Below, in pieces: positions 1 through 12,516 of a stretch of 64,000 nt of DNA (the stretch's first letter is position 1; every line of letters begins with the position of its first letter). Position numbers and translations under genes: made by a program. The notes under the pieces were generated by a model. That model searched no databases, was not told the DNA's origin, and saw only the letters and a list, made by a program, of their open reading frames with translations. Origin of the DNA: Heptranchias perlo (taxonomy: Eukaryota); NCBI RefSeq assembly GCF_035084215.1, contig NC_090358.1, positions 8,494,001 through 8,558,000 of the forward strand, read 5' to 3'.

Positions 1-335
1 AATATATTGCTTTGTGGTTTTGCTGTATCAGATATAGCAGGAACATAATGCCACTTTAAATTTATTTTCAAATATCTGAATGCATCATCTAATTGAAATG
101 ACTTTTAAAAGTAGGATTAGATACAAAAATAGTCCCAAAAGTGAACAGATAAACAGCACTGCAGAACATTTACCACTGAATTCTGTTGCATAATACCATT
201 GGAGATTCTTGGAAAAAGTTAGCCAATCTTCTATGTGCTTCTGTACAATCTCAAGCGTCATCCCTTCTGGTGTACTTTTACCAATTCTCTTCCATTTATG
301 GTAAATCACTATTTGCTACCAATATTTAGGATCTT

Positions 336-392
336 TTAGAAAATGCTCCTCTTCTTCATTGAACCTTGTTTTAGATGATCACGTATTGAAGC
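336..392 (-). CDS. Candidate terminal exon of perilipin (ASIRDHLKQGSMKKRSIF*)
   Basis: Nearest plausible phase-0 acceptor (ttacatgcag) after the exon 8 donor; weak pyrimidine tract, no homology support; the true last exon may lie outside the window. Confidence 0.3.
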   Translation of the reverse strand, partial: ASIRDHLKQGSMKKRSIF

Positions 393-826
393 CTGCATGT
401 AACCAGCACTAATTATGTACCATTAGTCAGCAATTATTTTTACATAGAATTTACAGCAGAAACAGGCCATTTTCCCCAACTGGTCTATGCCGGTGTTTAT
501 GCTCCACACGGGCCTCCTCCCACCAACAACAGTTTGATGCCGTTTACATCACATGCCTAACCTGAGGGGACCCTACTGTAAATTAGAAGTCTCAATTAAA
601 TTGAGGTAGCGTGTGAAAATAAGAAATGTGGTGTCTAGTTTGTTAGTGTGTTTTTAAAAAAAAATGTATTGAGCAATTTTAAAAACTGAAAGGGGGTAAG
701 ACCCTTTTAAAAGATACCCGAAAGGATTCACTGGTAAACAGCTCCTGGAGTTGAGAAGTGAATCTACTTTCTAGTAATTTCCTCATGGTTTGCTGCAACA
801 GGTCTTGGGCTTTGAGAGGCACTTAC

Positions 827-1093
827 CAGTAAGTTATTGACAAGGTCACTTAGGACATCATCTTTCCTCACATGTAGGGTTTTCCATATATTCCACAACT
901 TTTCTTTTATTTGGGATACAAAATGGCTAGGGGAGATGGGAAGATCCATGGACCAAAGCTGGCTGTAGAACTTTTGTACAGTTTTGAAAGTTTGCTGCTT
1001 CTTCACCTGGACAACATTTGATACTTCATTCAGGTTGGCAACAATATAACTGAAGACATTTTGAAAGTTCTTGCGAAGACCAGGAACTGTAGG
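827..1093 (-). CDS. PLIN1: Perilipin exon 8 (PTVPGLRKNFQNVFSYIVANLNEV...DDVLSDLVNNLL)
   Basis: Acceptor tttttcttgttctgcag, donor gtaagt at 826, 267 nt open, phase 0/0; amphipathic helices; without splicing the frame continues to a stop at 764. Confidence 0.75.
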
Positions 1094-1429
1094 CTGCAGA
1101 ACAAGAAAAAAAGTTACATAGAGCTATTTTTTTTCAAAATTGACTGAAGTTACTTACTCATCTGAAATCTCTACCCAATGTGCCATTGGTTTGGCCAAAA
1201 CCAGGCTGATTTTCTCCCCTAATCTTCTACTCTCCCGACTGTTGCTCAGATAGTTTCACGAGCACCTTCTGGTTACCACACTCATGTGATATGTGAGTCA
1301 AGTGTTTGCAGGCAAGGTAACTCTGGGAGGCATCTCAGTCGAGCCTCATTGTGACGAGCGCTCCCTCTCCATAACCGGCAGAAACCCGGTGATAAGATGT
1401 GAAGTACTCGCGGTGTTGCTCTGCGTGGC

Positions 1430-2612
1430 CTAGGTCTGGCCCATTCCCTGCCAATCTGCCGTCACAGTCACCCGAGCTACCTTCCACTTTGTCTGGAACT
1501 CCAAGGTAGAATGCATCTGCAGGGACACCATGTACAAGCCCAGGTGGGGGGGTGGGGGGGGGGGGGGGGGGGGGGGGGGGAAGGGCGTCCCCAATGCCGC
1601 TCTGATCCTGATGGCCACCTCTGTGCGTGGCTGCCCCAGGATGTGTGTAGCGTCCCAGTACGCAAACACCAAATGCCACTACGTGCTGAGTTTCTACCTG
1701 TCCACTACACTGAGAAGACTGGATCTGGCCACTCTGGCCGAGCAGAAGCAAGACGTCCCATCCAGCTGGACCGTACCGTACCACCTGTCCCAGGTGGAGA
1801 AGTACCTGAGGAGGAACCCCTTCCACCACAAGGCCATCAGACAATAGTCGACACTAAACGTTCTGAGAGACCTGCAGTGAAAGGAGAGGGTGGATCCAAT
1901 CGGGCAGTTCCCCGACCAGACGGTTGACGCCATTGCCAGAACTGACCAACAGGCACCAGGATGTAGCCTAGATGATGGTGAAAAGAGCCCTCCCAGCACG
2001 GTCCTTCTAACACGCATGAAATCTCAGCACCATCACGAGATGCCCTCGAGGCTTCGGCGGGGATGAGACCGTCATTCACCTCCTGATGGACTGCCCCTTC
2101 GTGCAGGTGGTGTGGAGAGGGATGCTTTGTATCTGTCCCGGTTCATCCACAACAGTTCAGTAACACAGGACACTGTGCTCTACGGGTTGTTCCTCGGGAC
2201 GCAGACAGAGACATATCATCTGCTGCTGAAAAACCATCAACTCAGTGGAGGCCGCCCTTTGGTCCGAAACCTGTTGGTCTTCCAGCTTAAAAGGAGCTGT
2301 CCATGACCAAGTGTTGCCGACTGGCACAATCCAAGGTCCAGGAGTACGTGCTGCGGGATGCACTGAAGCGAGGTGCGACCCACGCAAAGGCTATATGGGG
2401 AATGGCCACCATGTAAGGCCACCCCACTTTGTATTGTACAGAATGTATTAGAAGATATGTACTGTGTTTTGAATTGTAAAATGAGATCATAGTGTGTACA
2501 ATCTGCATTGTATTGGTTTGAACTATGTTGCTTGAAATTGTGTCCTTTTACATTGAACTGTGTGTATCTTTAAATTTCATGAAATAAAGTATATTTTGAA
2601 ATATAAAGAAAA
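1430..2612 (+). mobile_element. L1/Tx1-clade non-LTR retrotransposon, 3' fragment, degenerate
   Basis: Frameshifted ORF2 C-terminus (ANTKCHYVLSFYLS, WTVPYHL, CPR...ETVIHLLMDCPF zinc knuckle), T-rich 3' UTR, aataaagtatattttg and an A-rich tail. Confidence 0.8.
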
Positions 2613-3770
2613 ACTTTATCCAATTTTCATACACTCACAACTTTAAACAAGGCTCTGGCTCATGAACGAGAATCCTGCCTGGTTTTTCCCCCCCCACCCC
2701 GTCCCAGTCCAGTCAACTGAGGGCGGTTGTAGTTTCTCTTCCCCCACCTGCCTCAATAGGAACCAGGAATGAAACCTGGTCTATTTGGCTTTATACCACA
2801 CTAAGAAGTGCATTTCCCCAATAGGCTATCAATGAAAACAGGCAAGTTTTGATTCAGCTTAAAGTGGGGGTACAAGCATATCTAAGTCAAATATTCCATA
2901 TACCATTGATAAAGCTACCAACTGGCCAACATTTTACCATCCCAAAATGCTTCCTAGTACTTTGCAGTCCCTGGGAAACAGGTTCATTGGACTGTTTGAA
3001 CTACAGCAGTTTGAAGTCCATTGACAGAATGTCACATTTATACCACCCACACCTTCCTTCAAGTAATTCTGGTTTTGTGTAAATTCACATGTTCAAATAT
3101 TTTCCTGAGTACCAAAAGCTCGTTTGATTTCAAAAGCTGTAGTTCCAACCTCCTTCAAACATCTTTCCTTGTTGCTGTGACATTATGCAAATACATAGCA
3201 ATTCTAGGTGAGAGGGGGGCAGGGAAGAAAAGGAGGATGAAGGAAATCGTCAATGAATGCAATCTCATGGCTTCAGAACAGAGATGGGAGCTAAAGAACA
3301 TTAGACACTTTCTTTCTTTCCGCTTGCTAACTTAGGGTGTGTTTCCATTAGTACTTCAGTCAGCGTGACAGTTTCCTCTTTGTACCAACAATACTTTGCA
3401 ACCATGAAGTGTTTAAATACAAATTATTTTCTTGGAAGCCAGTTTATGTAGGAGACATTTATTTGGTGGTTTGCAGGGTCTGTTTTGAAGTCGCCTTATG
3501 TGATCGAAGGGCCCATTTTACGAAATCATGCTCCTGACAAGAAGTCTAGCTTGCTAGGAATATAATCGGGAAATCGCAAGCACACTCCTCACTATTTCCA
3601 ATCCATTCATTTTAATACACAGAACCATGGGAAGCATGCCCACAATTTCATGACTTATGCCCCTAATGGGCAAGGCTCCACGCTCAGACTTCCCTTTGTA
3701 AATTCAGCCCTCTACCGTCTACTCAGCTCTGGTGAGATCTAATATTCCACTTCAGAAATGGGATGGTTTT

Positions 3771-3994
3771 TGTTCAAAGGTTATTTTTGTTAATTATATG
3801 ATTTATATCAATTAGTGGTAATTGTATTCAGGTGGTGGGTATCAGTTGGGGACCCTCTTGTATCCTTTTTGGAGGAGAGCTTCGCTGGGGAGTGGTGTGT
3901 GTGTAAGGGGAATCTTTGTGAATAAAGCTTGGAAACAACTAAAGACCAGGCTCTAGTATTCTATCCTTCACCACTGGGCTATCCAATTCTAACA
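3771..3994 (+). mobile_element. Solo LTR, 224 bp
   Basis: TGTT...AACA termini, 5-bp direct repeat GTTTT on both sides (3766-3770, 3995-3999), internal AATAAA. Confidence 0.7.
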
Positions 3995-4013
3995 GTTTTG
4001 TGGTCAAAGTTAC

Positions 4014-4145
4014 CTCCATGATTCCACCCTCCTCTTGCTCTCCTTCCGTGTTCTTAGCACGATAACTCAATACCCATCTGTTGATTAGATCCTGTACGTT
4101 CGCATTGCTGCTGGCAATATCCAGGTTTTCATTGGCTGAAGTTCT
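4014..4145 (-). CDS. PLIN1: Perilipin exon 7 (RTSANENLDIASSNANVQDLINRWVLSYRAKNTEGEQEEGGIME)
   Basis: Strong acceptor cttttctttttccag, donor gtaact, 132 nt, phase 0/0; short acidic stretch where PLIN1 has its acidic loop. Confidence 0.75.
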
Positions 4146-4289
4146 CTGGAAAAAGAAAAGTGTAAAGGGTTCTTGATCTGCTTTTGCTCAAATTTGCTTT
4201 CAAAAGGAAAAAATCCTTTTCCTCCAATTAAACATTGGGAAGATCGAAGCCATTCTTTGGCCCCCATTCCAAACTGTGTTCCCGAGCCA

Positions 4290-5056
4290 CCAATTCCATC
4301 CCCTTCCCTGGCCGCCATCTCAGGTTGAATCAGACCAGTCGCAACCTTGGCATCCTAATTTGACCTTGAGCTGAGCTTCCGACCCCATTTCCTCTCCATC
4401 ACAAAGGCTACGTACTTCCACCTTTGCAATATTGCCCTGCTCCGCCCTCTGTCTCAGCCTATCTGCTGCTGAAACCCTAATCCGTGCTTGTTACGTCCAG
4501 ACTCAACCATTCCAATGCTCTCCTTGCCGGCCTCCCATCTTCCACCCGCCATAAACTGAAGCACATCCAAAACTCTCCTGCTCATATCCTAACTCACACT
4601 TAGTCCCATTCACCCATCACCCCTGTCCTCGCTGATCCACATTGGCACCCATTCCACCAATGCCTCGATATTAAAATTCTCATCCTCGTGTTCAAATCCC
4701 TCGATAGTTTCACCCCTCTCTGGCTCTGTAATCTCCTCCAGCCCCACAACCATCCGAGAACTCTGCGTTCCTCCAACTCTGACCTCTAATGCATCCCCAC
4801 TTCCTTCGCCCCTCATTGGTGGTCGTGCCTTCAGCCGTCTAGGCACCAAGCTCTGAAGTTCCCTCCCTAAACATCTCTGCCTCTCTGTCCTCCTTTAAAG
4901 ACACTCCTTAAAAACTACCGCTTTGACCAAGCTTTTGATCACCTGTCGTAACGTCACATTCTTTGGCTCTGTGTTAGTTCTTGTCTGGTTACGCTCCTGT
5001 GAAGCACCTTAGGAGATTGTACTATGTTAAAGGTGCTATAGAAGTTGTTGTTGTTG
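4290..5056 (+). mobile_element. L2-clade LINE 3' fragment
   Basis: Degenerate RT C-terminus (HITPVLADPHW..., GGRAFS) and tail aaaggtgctatagaa(gtt)n; related copies near 27455, 47030 and 52490. Confidence 0.85.
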
Positions 5057-6084
5057 ATCTTAGTAAACTGTAGGGATTACATTTTCAGTCATGAACCCTT
5101 TACAGGTTTGTAGCAATGTATAGTGTGGTGTTCTTAAATTGAATAACTTTTGTACAAGAGTAAGATTCAATTGCAAGCTACCATTTCCTTCCCTTCTTCC
5201 AAAATCCTACTGAACATGGAAATAGTCAGCTTATTGAGAGATAAACAGTACATTATTGCATAGGGTGACAGCAAAGTGCTTTAGGATAAAGATTTCCCAG
5301 ATGGCAAGTTTCTAGTCTCAGCCGTCCTATCAAAGGGTGTAGGGGGTGGGAGGGATAAGGCAACATGCGGAAGGGTGCCTCCTATAGAAAAGGAATCTCA
5401 CTTCATCGGGCCCCGACCTGCATATTTAAACTAGATCCTGCTGCTTTCCTCCAGGTGTCCTGCTCTCAGATTAATATTGGGACATTGTGGAAAGGCAGCG
5501 GGTTCAGAGGAGATAAGTGACTGCCCTCATTTTAACTGCCCCCCCACCTGGTTTCTGCGAGGTGGGAAATTAAAATTGGGGCCTGTACAAAGTTAAGGGG
5601 AAACAGAATTTTGTCCAAGTCAAATGTTGTGGATCAACTGGTTAATTGTAGAATGGGATCAAGACATACAAACCAATTGCCACTTAAGTTAATGGTGCAT
5701 ACCAAAAGCAACATTCTGAATAAGTTTTAAACATGATCCAAATATAACCAAACCATGTCTGCAGTAGAAAGCCACTATGAACAAATCACCTTCTCTCAAA
5801 ATGGAACCAAATCAAAGATTAGTAACTTTCCTACATGTAACTAAAAATGGTCTGAAAGCAAGTATCACTTCAAGTTCAGGAAGTCCTTATGATCAGTTAC
5901 ATTACCCTTCATGAGAAGGTGTTGCCAGGGCCAGAAGATACCACACACGGAATTCACCATAGGTGAAGAGGCAATACAGGTTCAAGCCCCACTCCAAAGT
6001 TTCTGATCCCAGCTTTGGTCAACCTAAGGCCAGGAATATTCCAAGAGGGGAGAAAAAAATAGATGGAATTCACTGATCACAGAT

Positions 6085-6112
6085 TTCTCTCTCTCTCTCT
6101 CTCTCTATCTAT
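6085..6112. repeat. (CT)n microsatellite
   Basis: Direct reading. Confidence 0.9.
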
Positions 6113-7526
6113 CCTCCCCCTCCTCCAACTCTCCCTCTCCCCCAAAAGTAACTGTTGCAAATTTTAGGCCTGCACTAAACATCCTCTTCGGTTTAGCAGA
6201 TCCCATGTCCCTTACGATCAGGAGTTTACCTTTACTGCCCGATATCCAGTCACGCAACAGCATGACCCCAGGAGCCATAACAATAAAACTTCTCCTTATA
6301 TGAATGCATGGCCCCCCTCATGTGTATTTCTTATCTTCCAAAAGGCAAAGTGATGAACATTTTAGTGAGATAAGGCCAGTTTTAAAATAATAGGCTGATT
6401 TATTTTACAATATAATAAATTTTGATCTATTCTATAATGGTCCTCATAACATAGAAACTAACAAGGCCCACCACACTATCTCCGTTACTTTCTGGACCAA
6501 TCATTTCTCTGAAACTGGTTGGCGCTAAGCTTAAAAAGAGATTCCTCACTTAGTTTTTCCCTCCCTTACCTGCTCTGGGCAGATCTCCATAGGCTCTACT
6601 TGCATGTCTTTACTTTGCTGGACAGGAAGCCATAAGATTGACCTCTGATCCTTCCCCCAAGTCTCCATACTCGGGCATTGGCCAGTTGAGTACCATTCAA
6701 ACCAGCTAGCACCCTCCTAGGCAAGAGCTTCCCTGGCAGCACTCCCGCTCAGCTCGTGGGAAGGAAGAAGCCATTCCAACATTCGAGATCCAATTTCCTC
6801 CCTACGATGAGTTACCAAATCTCATTGTCGCAAATTGATGTGGGACGTGAGAAATACCATCTTGGATAGACACTTCGGGATAGATTTCCAACTGGCGTTG
6901 TGGGTCAGCTGCTCATTATAGAAACTGCCCAATTTACATTTCCATCCAAATTAATGGAAATGAAAATCAGTCGGCTGATCTGCAGCAGTAGTTTTACACC
7001 TGGGAAGCTAATTGAAAATCTACCCCTTCAACTGACTCTAAATTCCATTTGGGCTAAATTCAACTCCACGTTCTCAAAACCCGCATGTTGTAGATTTCAC
7101 CTCGGTTGAGCTAAATGTAGCAATATCTTAATATACAAGTAGGTAAAATCCCTTCTAATTGAAATAATCACATTGACAATAATTCAGCAACAAGCCACAT
7201 AGGGGAAGACTGAATGCCCCATTGGTCAATTATGAATATGTAGCTTCTAGAAGGCTGCACACTTCCCTTTACTCCAATTCCATTTGATTAAGAATCCATT
7301 AATCTTTTAATTTCTTGCAGTAAAACCAAGTTGGGGATTAGCCAGCTGCTAATTAGAGTTCAATTTCATAAAATAGTCAAACGCTTGTCAATTGTTTGTG
7401 GGATGTTGCTGGCACAAATAGCTACTGTGTTTATCCAATTAACAGTCACTGCACTTTATAATACAGTAGTTGCATTCAATGTCCCAACAACATTAACGTA
7501 ACCTCCACTGTTCACATGGAACTGAA

Positions 7527-7780
7527 TGTGAAACATACGAAAATGACGGGCAGGAAAATACCATTAAGCCTGCCCCACACTCATGATGGCTGAAGCATCA
7601 CGACTGGACAGCCTCCCCCCACTGCGTAATCTCCCAGGAGAGACAAAACATCAGAGAAAAGCCCAGAGCCAATAGGGGAAGATAAAAACTCTGGAAAATT
7701 CCCCTCCGACCCACTCAGGCAATCAAAAGTAGTCCAGGGGATCACGTGGGCCATGTGTTCGATATCGGTTAATCCAACAG
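7527..7780 (-). mobile_element. CR1-type 3' UTR fragment
   Basis: Begins with the reverse complement of a ttcgtatgtt tail; homologous to 60390-60632 in the opposite orientation. Confidence 0.6.
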
Positions 7781-8786
7781 TCGTACTTTGCAATAGTCAT
7801 CTAAGCGAGGCTTTAGCTGTTGCTCAAATATAGTTTACCGGTAGCACGCAAGTGGATTCTACACAACTTGTGATTACAGAATTCGCTCTACAAGCAGTCA
7901 ATATAGTTTATGATTGTGAATTCACAATGGTCCAATTTGGAATTACATAAACAGAGCATTAGAAGCATCATTGGTTAAAGCTACATCAGACTTGTACCAG
8001 GTTACTTAAAGACCTGTTCCACAATGTGCTGGTGGAGAACCTCTGGTACAATTCCACATGCATATCTTTGGGGAAATGAGATACTTCTTTACAAATCAAT
8101 TGTGGCAGCAATGGAATGAATTTTGCAAGAGAACACTTCAAAGTGCTTTGCTCATAGATCTGCTTGGCACAGCCACTCATCTTGCAGTGAGGCAATTTTG
8201 ATATTAATAATTGAGACGGCCAACTACACAGTTCTATTCTCGCAGCCTGTCCAAGACATTCTAGCCAGTTTGAAAGTACAGTCAACTCTCAGTCGAACAT
8301 GCTTTTTGCACAGTGATGCCAATTTTAGTCTCTTTACCGACTTCTTAAGTTTGTAAAAGTTCACTTTAATCCTCAAAGATAGTCTGTGCTAACAAAACAA
8401 TCATAAGACAGCTGCTTTTTCAAATTTGGAAAAGAAAAAAAGAGGGGGACTAGTTAGGAATGAGCCAAGTTGGGGTCCCCAAGTAAAGAATACCTTCAAA
8501 AAGAGAAATAATGGGATCAGTGAGGTAATTAAATAGATGGAATTGTAATAGGAATGGGTTGGTTTTGTAATACACAGTTTCACTACAAGATCAGTCTATC
8601 GCTACCCTTGTATTCAATCACTGCTATGAAGGGTTATTGGCAAGATTCATAAGCTGCAGCACAATGCTCTAATAGGCCAACTCAGTTCCCTTAATCTTTG
8701 TATTAAAACACAGGGGGATTTTTTTCACCTCTGTTTGGTAGTCAGTATAAGCTTACATTATTTTATACTTAAGCAAAGGTTAGGAT

Positions 8787-8852
8787 GATTGTAGGACTAT
8801 TCAGCTACGATTGGAGGACTATTCAGCTACGATTGGAGGACTATTCAGCTAC
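8787..8852. repeat. 22-bp tandem repeat x3 (gattggaggactattcagctac)
   Basis: Direct reading; one mismatch in the first unit. Confidence 0.9.
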
Positions 8853-10048
8853 ATTTTGAATTCCAAACGCCTTGGCCCTTGAATTTTCAAAAGGTTCTCC
8901 TGCTCTCCAGCTGCAGCTTCAGCAGAAGATCAGTGGAAACTCTGGAGAAATTATGTAAACAACCATCAGAGTCACTTCTCTGGGGGGTTCCACTTATCCC
9001 CCAGAATCGCTGGAGAAATTCCAGGCATCAGAGAATTGCAGCACCAGGAGTTTGATTAATCCGACATACAGACAACTAAAACTGCGCAGTCTTTTCTTGA
9101 AATTTCCTGGTAGAAGTATTACAGGGCCTTTGAATTTTGCACAACTGCATTGCCAGTAGTGGGTTACTACCCAGAGATGGTCCACCTACTTGTGTTTCAT
9201 GAATAGAGGGAGGATTGAAAACTCCAATCTACACTCAATCACTCCCCTACAAAAAGGAGTGAATTTATCAGCTTACTCCAATTAAAGAGGCATCTTCATT
9301 ATGAGCTTTTTCTGAATTTGTGTCAGACGCACATTATGACAATTCAGATGCCCTCTCCCAATGCGGCCATTACATTTATTCAGTTTTTCTTCTTGTTCCA
9401 AACGGTCACGCTATGTGATCTGCGGCCCCGTTTGCTTTGACCTGATTTCCTGTGAGCAAAGCTCTTACCCCTCAATGTGATTTTTCAAGCAAATATCTAA
9501 TTCTTCATCTATGTTACGGTGCGGTGGGACGCAGGTCTGTCTTACTTGAGCTGTGCTGCCAATCTCAGCTGGGCAGAGGCCATTTGTTTTCGCAGAGAGG
9601 GAGAGAAAAGAATTTAAGAAGGAAAAATACACAGGGATTAGTTTACAACTGCATTGGCCACTCTCCCAAAAAGCACATGACCTCATGAGACCCCAAAAAG
9701 GAGGCGGGGCTGAGTTAAAAAAAAGTAAATAGAAAAAGGTCAGTGTCTGGTCTTGCCTTCAAAATGAGTTTACAGTTAGCACTGTTGTTGATTCTACTAT
9801 TCCACAAGGAATTGCAGGAAACCCTTATTTTGTTCAATAAGCAATCCACACCATGCAAGATGCACGTACTACATTGAAATACGTGACCCAGTCCCACATC
9901 CCTTGCCGCTCTGTCACAATCCTGGTATCTCGCTATCAGATTGCTGGTTTGTTTTGATAATCTTAACTCAATACATAAAACTTGCCTCGGGGAACGAGGG
10001 GGAGGGAGGAGGGAGTAAGGGTGGGGGGAGGAGGAAAAGCAACTCCAT

Positions 10049-11780
10049 GGCCCCTATATTAGGAGGGAGGCGGGTTGGCAGCGGTGGGGGGGGGTCGACT
10101 GGGCACGTGGGTAACGTGCCCAGTGAAATCGGTGGGCTTGGCACGCGATCGTAAGTAAATTGAAGCCACTTACCTTGGCTTCTGGGTTTCGCGCTGGAAA
10201 GCTGCGCAGCAGGCGGACTGCGCACCCGCATCATAGGCTGTCAGCTGGAGGACTCCTTTTTAAAGGGGCAGTCCTCCACTGACTGATGCTGCAGAAAATA
10301 GGCAAAATTACAGCATGGAGCAGCCCAGCGGGAAGGCTGCTCCCAGGTTTAATGATGCCTCACTCCAGGTCTTACTAGATGGAGTGAGGAGGATGAGGGA
10401 GATCCCCCACCCGGCGGGCGGGAGGAAGCGGCCTGCCTCTGCCACCACGAAGGCCTGGCTCGAGGTGGCAGAGGAGGTCACCAGCACCACCAACATATCA
10501 TGCACCTGCATACAGTGCAGGAGGCGCTTCAATGACCTAACCAGGTCAACCGAAGTGAGTGCACTTACTCATTCCCCTACACTCCGTCTGCCACATCACC
10601 GCCCCCACCCCACATCTCCTTCTGCACTGCCAACACTACTCTATCACATCACTCCTCACACCCACTGAACCCTCATCCTCATCTTACCTGCACTTCCTCA
10701 CCTCCCCAGTACTCAACCCACCACTACCACTCAACCCAATCCTCATACATGGCTCTGTCTCATACTCACCCTCTCATGCATCTCTTTCACAGTCAGCCTC
10801 ACCCCACCCGCCACTACCTGTGCTGCAGCCACAGGGCATGCATCACGTATGTGTAGTAGGAAGCGCAAGGCAAACGTGTCATGAGCATGAAGGGGATGCA
10901 CAAGGGTGTTTGAGGGTTTGTCATTGTTTTTACTTATATTTGATTTCTGATCTACTCACATTACATATTATATTGTCACCACTACTGCCACGGCTTGGTC
11001 ATTCTTGACTGGCTTGTGCAATAAGGCCCTTTCATGAGGTTCTCCAAGAACACCCTTGATGCCATCCAATGGGTTACCCTACAGTGGGTGTATGTGTAGT
11101 TGCACGACTACTTTGTGCAGGTGCCTGTTGCGCAGCACTGTGTTGTGTAGCTCCAAGTGGCGGAGATGGACGGTGTGCCTGGCGAGGCTGGTGATGTTGC
11201 TCGTCCTCCAATGGAGTGATGAATGCAGCTACGGAACCCCCCCCACCCAATCCTGACGGTGTGAGTGTGAGGGGGTCCGCAAAGTAGGTAAATGTGTTTG
11301 GACAGCAGAGTTTAGGGTATGATGTAATAACTTTGAGTGTGGAGACAACGGTGTGGCAGGCCATACTTTGTCTGAGGTGTTAGAGTGCCCTGCTGCAATG
11401 AATGAGGTATTCCCCCCCATCTGTCAAGGAATCCTCTGCATCTCCCGATGGCTGCTGACTGAAACACATCTGCAACAACAGGGAATGTTTCCCACAGCAT
11501 GGGAAACACGCTGAGGAGAGTCCAAAATCACATCCCTGCTAAAATCTCTTCCCAATGAGGTCTGTCAACGACCTCAAGTACCTCCCTAACTATCTAAACT
11601 GTCCTCCCGCTGGCTCTAATTGCCGGTGGGAGTCCCACATGCGGGGGCTGCACGTGCACTGATTCGCGTCATTGGGGAACCCGGAAGTGGGGCGGGTTGG
11701 AGCCGGGCTCCGGGATTCCCCAATTTTAGGAACACCCCCCGCCACGAACACACCCGCTCAGCCATCCTAAAATTGACCCC
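10049..11780 (+). mobile_element. PIF/Harbinger-type DNA transposon, internally deleted; Myb/SANT-like ORF at 10315 (+) and convergent remnant ORF (-)
   Basis: APRFNDASLQVLLDGV...AWLEVAEEV...QCRRRFNDL Myb/SANT-like domain followed by gtgagt; degenerate ends ggcccctatatt / aaaattgacccc. Confidence 0.8.
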
Positions 11781-11984
11781 ATGTCTCCAACAAATCAGGA
11801 TATATATGAGATTCATGTGTTACCCATCCAAAATCAATGCAACATTTTACCCAAATTTGTCTCTGCCCTTTCTTCCTTTCTCCTCATCCCCTTCCCAAAA
11901 AGTTTTGGGCACAAATTGGATCTTGTCCATTCTGGCAATAACAAGTTAAACTTTACAATACATCAGAAGACATCTCAAATTCTT

Positions 11985-12516
11985 AAGCCCGGGTTTTAAC
12001 TCCCGAGCCTCCTCAGCATGGGCCCAGTCAGCCTCCCGCCTGAACCCAGCAGAAAGTGCTAGCTGGCCAGTGGGTGGAATCAGGATTTTGGGTGGCAGGA
12101 GGCCACTGCTGGGGATCTGAAGGAACGGTCTCTGACAATCAGATAAGTGCATAGGAGAGGGGGCGGGACAGTGCGATCGGGGGATGGGGAAGGAAGCTTG
12201 GGAATGTGTAGGCCCACAGTTTCCTCGTGGGGCTCCTCCTGATCCACAAGGAAATAAAAAAATATATTAAAAATGACGTACCTTTCTGAGCCTCTTCTGG
12301 TCCCGGATCCGCTTGCCGCCAGGTTGACCTAGCTTGGAAGCCACAATGACTTCCCCACACAGGCCTTGAGTTAAAATTGCAGTCAGGCCCCAAAGACATC
12401 AAAGCCTGATTGGCATATTTAAAGAAGGACCCCACTGCCTCCAGGTGAGTGTCCTTCTCACCTGCTCAAAACAACAGGTTAAAATTGCCCGAGCAGGCAG
12501 GGTTAAAATCCGCCCC
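11985..12516. mobile_element. Non-autonomous DNA transposon (MITE-like) remnant
   Basis: GC-rich island bounded by gggttttaac ... gttaaaatccgcccc, the same end style as the Harbinger-type elements here. Confidence 0.55.

Noticed and set aside
1335-1927. Poly-Pro and poly-Gly ORFs
   Set aside because: Products of the G homopolymer inside a Tx1 remnant.
3021-3335. Possible additional perilipin exon or 104-aa gene
   Set aside because: All three minus-strand frames have stops and the plus ORF has no recognisable motif; the exon chain is in frame without it.
7986-8285. 99-aa minus-strand ORF as an extra perilipin exon
   Set aside because: Weak splice signals and no family similarity; cannot be supported without RNA data.
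8787-8852. CRISPR-like repeat array
   Set aside because: Units are contiguous with no spacers; eukaryotic context.
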